In this document: piece after piece, positions 55,380-64,000 of the stretch | Numbering within the stretch: the first letter of the stretch is position 1 | Layout: every line of letters begins with the position of its first letter | Assembly: GCF_006345805.1 (NCBI RefSeq) | Contig: NC_043002.1 | Coordinates: forward strand, 115,134,001 to 115,198,000 | Direction: 5' to 3' | From: Octopus sinensis | Lineage: Eukaryota | Length of the DNA stretch: 64,000 bases | Notes under the pieces: generated by a model | What the model saw: only the letters and a program-made list of their open reading frames with translations | Told to the model about the DNA's origin: nothing | Database searches by the model: none | Made by a program: the position numbers and the translations under genes

Positions 55380-55700
55380 GTGCCACCTCCAGTGGCAACT
55401 CGATATTGTCACCAACCAGTTCAGGTTCCGTTGCACGCCAGGCTAAGAAGAATAAACTGTCAAGGTATCGGTCATTCTCCTACAGGTTTATGGTTGAGCT
55501 TGTGGCAGTGGAGACATCCGACGTTTTCGGTCCCTGGACCATATCCGTGCTCACTGCTATTAGAGCGGAGATGGCTGTCCGCAAGTGCTGCCCGTGAGTC
55601 AGAGTGGCTGTTCCAGCGCGTCTCCCTTGCCATCATCCAGGGCAACGCCTTTTCCATTTTGTCAGCTAGAGCCATGAAAAATATTTCTATATTGTGAGAG
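55380..55700 (+). mobile_element. CRE-clade element C-terminal (restriction-like endonuclease region) fragment
   Basis: VAVETSDVFGP...RESEWLFQRVSLAIIQGNAFSIL. Confidence 0.8.
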
Positions 55701-56567
55701 GCAAGATTTTTCAAAATTAACTCAATGTCAATATATTTCGTGAATTCTTGTTCTTCGCAGTTCAGGATTTTCTTGTGCTGCTCTGTCTTCGTCGTGTTCT
55801 CCTATTCACGTTGTTTCTTGACCTAAATGTAAAGGCTGTATTCAGACATGATACCTTGAATTATTCCCATTGCTAACTGTAAGCAGAATAATAAAACTGC
55901 AGCAAATGTTTGACTATTGACGTTCTACAAGGGTAAAGTACTCGTTCAATCTTTCTATCGTTATCAAACAATAATTTCCTGTGAAGTGGATGCGTTAAAT
56001 TAGCTGGAATTTCTTTAAAGTATGAATTTCACTTAATAATATTTGCATTGATTTTTTATTGCTACTGCTACAGTTCGCAATATATATTACACACACATGC
56101 ACACGCACACATAGACAACATGCATAAACACACGCATGTAGATGCACACATACATAAATAGCAACGCCCGCACGCGTGCGCGTTCATGTATGGTCAAACT
56201 TGCGTGCACTCGCAAGCGTTTGTCAGTATTTGTGTACTGTAAAACATCGGAATCGTTATATGTTTCCTCCTCTTCCGCATCCCTCCAAGCCGTTTCCCCT
56301 AACACTTGTCATATCCACTTTCTCCGTCTTCTGTTTGTTTCTAATTTGTCATCGCAATATTCCTGCTAAAACCATCACCACCACTATTGCCATTTTCCCA
56401 GCAAACCATTGGAGTTTCTTATATAAATATGCATACACATACCCATACCCACATTTACACCCACATACACACATACGATTGTATGTAAGTGCTTGCGTGC
56501 GTGATTATACGTCGGTGTTCTATTTTGCTATCCATTAATGCCAACACTTCTACCTAATAACGCCATG

Positions 56568-56601
<34 letters not shown>

Positions 56602-56603
56602 TT

Positions 56604-56658
<55 letters not shown>

Positions 56659-56769
56659 GATAGATAGATAGATAGATAGATACACACATACACACACACG
56701 CGCGCGCACATACACACACACACATATATATATATATATACACATATACACATGCATATATATATAGCT

Positions 56770-58430
56770 CAAATCTACAGAAAAACAAAAGATGAAGACA
56801 GGTGTAGAAACAACAAGCACATGTATTAGTTTAACGTTCCGGAAAAATGGAAAAGCCTTTTAAGTTTCGAGCCTCCGCTCTTCCACAGGAAGGAAAAAGA
56901 GGGGGAAAATGGAGGGAGAATGAAAAAAGTGGTGAGTAAATAACTGTGTAAAATTCAGTGGTCCAACATGGCGAGATGATTGGGAAAATAAGGGGGTTGA
57001 ATGAAAAGGAGATAAAAATGGTGATCCTAGCGAACTGAGGTGTGCAAGCGTGCGTGTGTATGTGACAATGGTGTGTATGTGTGTGTGTGTGTGTGACTGT
57101 TGTGTGTAGCAGTTGATATGTGCTTTTTCAAGTGGTGTGCACACATGCGTATGTGTCTGTGATCAAATAGTGTGTATGTGTGTAGTATATGTTTATAGGT
57201 GAAAGTCATTGTCTATGCGTGTGCGTGTGTTTGTGCGTATTGCGTGCGAGTGTGTATATTGTCTGTATTCAGATATGTGCTTGTATGGGTGTGGGAGTAT
57301 ACATGATGGTATGGTGTGTACTGAGTTAAACAGTGTGTGTGACTGCTCGTATAGTGATATGTGTGGTGATGCTATTGGAGTCTGTGTATGGGTGAGTGGA
57401 TAATGGTGTGTCGTGTGGGTGTTGAGAAGTGGTCGGTGCTAGTGCTCGTGGAGTGGAAAGGCGTTGTGGGTGTGTGTGTGTAATGGTGTGTGAAGTGAGT
57501 GATGAATTGAACAGTGTGTATGGGTGTGCATGTGTGGTGAGGGCGCTGAGGTGGGTGGTATGCAGGTGTGTAGGTAGAGGAGGAAGTTGAAAGTGGGTGG
57601 TGTGTAGGAATCTGTGTGAGGTTGGTGTCAGACGAGGAGAGGAGGTGAGTTGAGCCCATGTGGAGCAAAGGAACGAAGTGAGAAGATTAGTTCTCATTCA
57701 CAGCGAAGGCGGGAGTCCGGGTGGCCCTTGTCCAGAGACAGTCTGAACACAGACAGATGTTGTAGTGAATAACCGGTAGAGCGGACGTGACTCGAGACCG
57801 GGGTATCATTGCCGAGTCTAATGTCTCGGAGGTGCACTGGGAAATGATCAGCCAAGCAGCATCCCGTTTGACCAATGTACAGGGAAGGACAGAGAGACCA
57901 GGAGATGCAGTAAATAACATTACTAGAGGTGCAAGTAAAGGAGTCGGTGACGTGATAGGAAGTATGATGGTTGCCTGTGAGGATGGTGGTTTTGGAGAGG
58001 TGCGACAGCGTGGGCGGGAGCAGGGAAGAATCTGTTGACCAGGAGGTCACACAGGTTATGGGCTCGTTTGCAGAATGGTAGGGTAGGTTAGGGAAGCTGT
58101 GCGAGGTGGAGGAGTCGGAGTGGAGTCGCCGAAAGGCACGGAGATTGGTGCGTTGGATGGGTGCGAGGAGAAAGAGCAGAGATGCGGTCAACAGATCACG
58201 GTCGGACAAGGGCAGTGTTGATAATGGTGGGGATGTATGCACGTAGGATGAAGTGTCGAGCCATGAGTTGAGACTGAGTCTCAAAGTTATGGTCGTCACT
58301 ATAGAGCCTGCGTAGACGGAAGAATTGGGAGTAGAAAATGGAGATCTTTATTTGGATAGGGTGGGAGGAGGATAAGTTAAGGTAGGAGTGTGAGTGTGTT
58401 TGTAGTGAATGAAGGCAGTGAGAGCGGAGT
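56770..58430 (-). mobile_element. 3' part of a Neptune-like PLE with long CA-rich 3' UTR and degenerate HHR (56856-56893)
   Basis: GIY-YIG remnant, then CCTT-C-CTGTGGA-AGAGC(ggag)GCTC-GAAA-CT-TA-AAAGG. Confidence 0.85.
57628..58270 (-). pseudogene. PLE GIY-YIG endonuclease remnant
   Basis: FTCTSSNVIYCISWSLCPSLYIGQTG...HLRDIR...PVSSH...RLRCE*ELIFSLRSFAPHGLN. Confidence 0.9.
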
Positions 58431-58469
58431 GGTGTATGCTGACAGATATGTCGATAAATTTAACGGAAG

Positions 58470-58811
58470 AGTTAGAGATGGCAGAAACGTTAGCACGCCG
58501 AAGGAAATGCGTAGACGTATTTCATCTGCCGTTACGTTCTGAGTTCAAATTCCGCCGAGGTCGACTTTGCCTTTCATCCTTTCAGGGTCGATTAAATAAG
58601 TACCAGTTACGCACTGGAGTCGATATAATCGACTTAATCCCTTTGTCTGTCCTTGTTTGTCCCCTCTGTGTTTAGTATCCCCATGTGGGCAATAAAGAAA
58701 TAAGATAGTGCGGGAGAATTGGAGAGCAGGATGGATTTCTTTATTGCCCACATGGGGCTACTAAACATAGAGGGGACAAACAAGGAGAGACAAAGGGATT
58801 AAGTCGATTAT

Positions 58812-58812
<1 letters not shown>
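58470..58812 (+). mobile_element. SINE family 2 plus an inverted 3' fragment
   Basis: Plus copy to 58702; 58734-58812 is its reverse-complement tail. Confidence 0.85.
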
Positions 58813-58884
<72 letters not shown>

Positions 58885-58890
<6 letters not shown>

Positions 58891-59174
58891 ATCACGTAAC
58901 CGACCAGACCATCAGATGTTGCTACACATCGCTGGTCACAATGGGTTCGCATTGTTTTAGCCTTCGAATGACGCCACCCCGCTGGCTAAGCGAGCAGGCC
59001 AACAGAAGAAATAGTGAGAGAAAGAGTGGTGAAAGAGTACAGCAGGATCACCACCCCCTGCCGGAGCCTCGTGGAGCTTTTAGGTGTTTTCGCTCAAAAA
59101 ACACACACAACGCCCGGTCTGGGAATCGAAACCGCGAGTCCGCTGCCCTAATCACTGGGCCATTGCGCCTCCAC

Positions 59175-59175
<1 letters not shown>
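58885..59175 (-). mobile_element. tRNA-derived SINE, family 4 (5' half also at 60190-60292, plus)
   Basis: GTGGAGGCGCAATGGCCCAGTG A box, GTTTCGATTCC B box. Confidence 0.85.
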
Positions 59176-59210
<35 letters not shown>

Positions 59211-59399
59211 TGTATATATATATATATAACAAAAGGGACATTAGCCATTTGAATGTGGCTAGGGACAGGGCAGGGCGGTGGGGGTGTTACTGATGCATTT
59301 AGCCCCAGGCGATCATCAACGTCACCAGATAGGCTTGACACCCTCACGGTGTCCTCTATCCTGCAAAGGGAGATCGTTCCCCGAAGAAGCGGATGCCAC

Positions 59400-59442
59400 A
59401 CACGGACCCAGGTTTCAAGGTGTTTGCCTCTCGTCAACGTAT
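59400..59442 (-). ncRNA. HHR, U3.G8 variant, in a group B element (59229-59470)
   Basis: ATACG-TTGACGA-GAGG(caaaca)CCTT-GAAA-CCTGGG-TC-CGTGT. Confidence 0.78.
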
Positions 59443-59526
59443 GGTAGGCACCGCCCCTCGACGAACGACTCTCTGTGCAGGATATTTATATATAGATTTT
59501 CACGTAAATACATTTTCGAAATCAGT

Positions 59527-60122
59527 ATGAATTAGGGTAAACGTTTTTAAATTTTCACCTTATTTCCGAATTGCACTACTTGGCGGTTGGAGTTCTGGCT
59601 GCTCTTTCTGGTGGACGAATGGCCTGTTTAGGCCATTCCTAAATTGTTATATTTATATATATTTAGTCTTTGACTATTTTCTCTTTTCCACTAGGCCGCT
59701 GGTAGCGATAAATTTTTACTGAATTTTTTGCTACCCTAAATTGATTAATTGATAATTTTCTGACTAATTCTGAGATTGAATCGGCAGTTTATATTTGCTG
59801 CCGATAAGTTTGGCGCGAATGCGTTGGTCTTGAAAATTTTAAGACAGATATTCCCGAGGCATTAATACAGTCGCCTCGTGTATATCCGTCTCTCCAGGTT
59901 TTCTTTTACTGATGAAGTGTGACCTATGGTAGACTAGCTTAATTTAATTTAATTAAGCTGGTCTATCATTAAAGACACTGAAACGATGCATCGTATAAAA
60001 GATGAATTAGGGTAAACGTTTTTTAAATTTTCACCTTATTTCCGAATTGCACTACTTGGCGGTTGGAGTTCTGGCTGCTCTTTCTGGTGGACGAATGGCC
60101 TGTTTAGGCCATTCCTAAATTG

Positions 60123-60125
<3 letters not shown>
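59527..60125 (+). mobile_element. Group A retrozyme-like element, ~475-bp unit
   Basis: 59527-59650 repeated at 60002-60128, with the HHR immediately before the second repeat. Confidence 0.88.
59902..60002 (+). ncRNA. HHR, fully intact, long stem II
   Basis: TCTTTTA-CTGATGA-AGTGT...ACACT-GAAA-CGATGCATCG-TA-TAAAAGA. Confidence 0.93.
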
Positions 60126-60169
<44 letters not shown>

Positions 60170-60690
60170 TGTATATATATATATATATAGTGGAGGCGCA
60201 ATGGCCCAGTGGTTAGGACAGCGGACTCGCGGTCGTAGGATCGCGGTTTCGATTCCCAGACCGGGCGTTGTGTGTGTTTATTGAGCGAAAACATACACAC
60301 ACACACACATATATATAATATATATATATATATAATTATATATATATATATATATATTATATATATCAACCAATTAAGATTCAAGTAAATTCATTGGAAT
60401 TTACTTGAATGTGGTACTTAACTTAGATGCACCAGAAAAACTATATGGTGTTAACCATACAGTAATGTGGGGTGATTATAAACGAGAAAGAAGCAACAAG
60501 AATGGATTAGTTTTTAGTTCATCTTCTCTTTGAAACTAATAAGTTTTTAAAAATCTGTGATAAGACTGTGCATCATCATTAAGGAACTTTGGAAAACTGT
60601 TTACAACCTATATCTGCCTTTAATGGAATTATCTCCAATATTTCATGAGTATAACCTCACCCACTAAGATGTCTGGAGAACTCATATGTA

Positions 60691-60781
60691 TTTTAGCTGA
60701 TGAGTACGGGACACTTTTATCTGCTGCAATTTTTGCAACTTGTAATAAAGCCTGTCTTTGTATGAAACAATTGTACTAAAA
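60691..60781 (+). ncRNA. HHR, intact, in PLE-like element 60365-60812
   Basis: TTTTAG-CTGATGA-GTAC...GTAT-GAAA-CAATTG-TA-CTAAAA; inverted piece at 60482-60518. Confidence 0.9.
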
Positions 60782-60809
60782 ACTAATCAATTCTTGTTGC
60801 TTCTTTCTC

Positions 60810-60899
<90 letters not shown>

Positions 60900-61299
60900 G
60901 TTATTTCGGCCTTATTGCATATGTCCCTAATCAAAGCTACCTCGGGTCGTTAAAAAGCACAAGAGTACACGCTTTTTTGTTATAGAATTCACCAAACCCA
61001 TTATTTGCTAATGCGCGCTTATATCTACTAAACTGATCGTAACACACAAGATGCACCTAGAACAACATGTACGTATTTGCCGCCATCACCACTCTATCAT
61101 TTTTCCTCCAGCTCCTCCTTGTGATCATCCGTCTCTATGTAGCTTTCCTGTATTCATTGCCTCCCACCAAGCAATAACCCCACAACGCTCTTTTACCCAT
61201 CCTCCCTTTCTCTATTTACGATGTAAGGCGCGGCTGGAGAAATCATTCAACCCACCAGCTTCGATAATCCCACATATATATATATATGAATGTATATAT

Positions 61300-61350
<51 letters not shown>

Positions 61351-61875
61351 AACAAACACATATGTTATACATACATATACATATGTATTCATATATATGT
61401 ATATATCGGCTGAAACCGTTTCGATTTAACTCGTTCTCGATTATACGTCGATTTTCAAAAATAATATATAAAAAAACAAAAATCAAGTTAAGTCATTTTA
61501 CTCGACCCTACTTTTGTCCGCCACAAATATTGGAATCGTAAAATTACTAGAAAACCGTTAAAAGCACATAAAATCATGTTACTGTACAATAAATAAGAAT
61601 AAAAGCATATAAAATCATAATAAAATACGTACAGTAGATGTTAAGATACACACCATAAAGTAGTGTAGCTTAGTGAACGAAATCATGAAATCAGTTGTGT
61701 TGTCTTATTTATTCGGTCTTTTGGAGTTCATATTGCATTGTAGTGTCAATATATACCGTTAGGCGTCGTTGTCACTGGTGATTCCCGCGATTGTTTTGAA
61801 TTCAGATTTGTTTTTACGTCTGTTTATCGGCTACTTTCTCATTCCCATTCATTTGTGACTTTATTTTTTGCCCCC

Positions 61876-62139
61876 ATGGCTCCTAAGAAAAGTTATAGTG
61901 AAAGTGCTAAGCGTCATGCTATAACACCGGAAGATAGACTGGCTATGATAAAACGCCATGAAAAAGGTGAAAATGTGGTAGTAATTGCACGATCTTTTGG
62001 GATGAGTCGGATAACTGTATCGACGATTGTACATAGTAAGGGCAAAATTTTAGCACATATCAAGCATATCAAACCATGTATTATTGAAAATGCATTCATA
62101 AATAAAATACAGAACTGGGAATGGTTATTATCGGTTTAG
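61876..62139 (+). pseudogene. Tigger/pogo transposase N-terminal CENP-B-type HTH remnant
   Basis: MAPKK...KRHAITPEDRLAMIKRHEKGE..VIARSFGMSRITVSTIV. Confidence 0.8.
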
Positions 62140-63254
62140 CCTAGAGACAAGTAAATTCGGCGTAGCCTAGGCCAGAGGCAAGTTAATTCGACTTAAGTCG
62201 TGTCTCCTGGCACCAATAAACGACGCAGGATGAGGTATGCCTGTATATATATATAGTTAGAGAGACAGAGACAGACAGACAGAGACAGAGATAGAGGCAG
62301 AGAGAGACAAAAACTGAAGAGGAGGGAAAGAGGAGAGAGAGAGAGAGAGAGTGAATCAAGAGTGCGTGTGAAAGAGAGAAGTACATGCAAGATGTAAGTA
62401 TTATTATAGTAATTTATTTGATAAATGACTACAAGATAGTATAGTGAGTAGTAACAGACTTGTAAGTTTCTTTTACAATGTCGGCCAGCAGACGACAGAG
62501 CTGTTTGAATCGTATATCTTTATATTACATAGCGGTGTGTCTTCACATTCAGAACATATTTCGCTTGCCATATCATTAGAAGTTCCTTTAGTTCTTCAAG
62601 GATTTCTGTAATCATTGCAGAAATTACACATGTGAGAAAAGAAACTGAAGTAATAAATAAACATCAAAGGATTCGCTACTCTATCCTGACATGATTGAAT
62701 TAAGATGAATCGTACGTAATTTTTCATATTTTCTGACTGTCAAAACGCTTAAAAATGAAGACAGACTATTAATAATGTTGTGATCGTTCACTTAATAATA
62801 AAATATTATGTTGTATTATATTATATTTGTTTATTTATTTGTCATCTATATCACACAAATTGTAAGGAATATACGTTTGCAGAGAAGCATACAAATGACT
62901 ATTTGGATAAAAACGTCACTTCATGACCATATGGTTTCGGGTTCAATCCCACAGGAAACTATAGAGAAGCCCATCATATATATGTGTGTGTGTGCGCGAA
63001 TGTGTGTATGTGTATGTATAAGTGTGTTTATGCTAACCGATATAAACCGGTATCAGGTTGCGTAACCTACGCGCAGACGTGAGGGTATGCTAAGAAGATT
63101 GTTTCCCAACCACAGGGTTTCGAGTTCAATCTAAGGCATCTTAGGCAACTGTCATCTACTACAGCCCGTGCCAACCAAAGATTTGTGAGTGGATTTTGTA
63201 AACCGAAACAGAAGGAGGCTCTTTGCTCGCGCGCGTGCACGCCTGCGTGTATTG

Positions 63255-63524
63255 AGGGCGCAAAGCTTAGTGGTTAGGGTGTTACACTCGCAATCGCGAG
63301 GTCGTGGTTTCAATTCCTAGACCGGTGGTGCGCTGTAACCTTCACCAAGACACTTCATCTCACGTTGCTCTGCGACCACTTCGATATTTGACACGTGGTA
63401 CACCGTGCAAATATTCAGACAACGCCGACTGGATGGATGGAGTGAGCTTTTGTGCAGCACAAACATTTGATCACTATAAACGAATTATTTTTGCGGGTCG
63501 TTCGGTTAAAGCTGTGAGTTCATA

Positions 63525-63525
<1 letters not shown>
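63255..63525 (+). mobile_element. tRNA-derived SINE, V-domain-like
   Basis: AGCTTAGTGG A box, GTTTCAATTCC B box, CAAGACACTT...CACGTTGCTC. Confidence 0.7.
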
Positions 63526-63571
<46 letters not shown>

Positions 63572-63834
63572 CGAACAGTAAATGGCGTGCGACTGGAATT
63601 GTTTAGATTAACCTGTCCTCATCATCGGCCTTTGATGAAGTTCATAAAATACTTTATTAATAGAGTACAGTTACATTTCCGGTATGTTTAAGTTGTAACG
63701 TAACATACATAGCAGAAGCAATTAGAATCAATCAGGAAGTTCTGCGTCGTGATAAAGCGCCTGGATTAATATAACATTGATGCAAAAATCATCAAAGTGC
63801 AATACGCACATTTGCTGCTGGCACCGTGTCATTT

Positions 63835-64000
63835 GGAAGCATCGGTTACGACGACGAGGGTTCCGGTTGATCCGAATCAACGGAACAGCCTGCTCGTGAA
63901 ATTAACGTGTAAGTGGCTGAGCACTCCACAGACACGTGTACCCTTAACGTAGTTCTCGGGGATATTCAGCGTGACACAGAGAGTGACAAGGCCGGCCTTT
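63835..64000 (-). mobile_element. 3' part of another SINE-like repeat, cut by the window edge
   Basis: GC-richer block; a degenerate opposite-strand copy lies at ~20680-20790. Confidence 0.55.

Noticed and set aside
57694-57696. In-frame TGA in the PLE endonuclease as possible selenocysteine
   Set aside because: Not at a conserved Cys position, easily explained by CGA to TGA decay, and no SECIS recognised

Overview
Eukaryotic, AT-rich, microsatellite-saturated intronic or intergenic DNA. The SINE families and repeat load are what I recognise from octopus (coleoid cephalopod) genomes; this host call is an inference. No host gene can be identified with confidence: there are only a few weak exon candidates, and almost all long ORFs in the track are microsatellite artefacts. 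The window is a mosaic of tRNA-derived SINEs (about 5 families), LINE remnants (RTE, CR1, CRE, Tx1), hAT/mariner/Tigger DNA-transposon pieces, and two coding Penelope-like element (PLE) remnants (RT + GIY-YIG at 982-3213; GIY-YIG at 57628-58270). The main signal is about 25 minimal type I hammerhead ribozyme (HHR) motifs or half-motifs, found by eye, in many sequence-distinct, mostly non-coding elements. These elements show PLE-style tandem and inverted terminal repeats and sit in (TA)n tracts. They include variant catalytic cores (U3-A8, U3.G8, C4), copies that break off at the predicted cleavage site, and short cis-motifs shared across unrelated families. Together they look like a large family of retrozyme-like PLE parasites.
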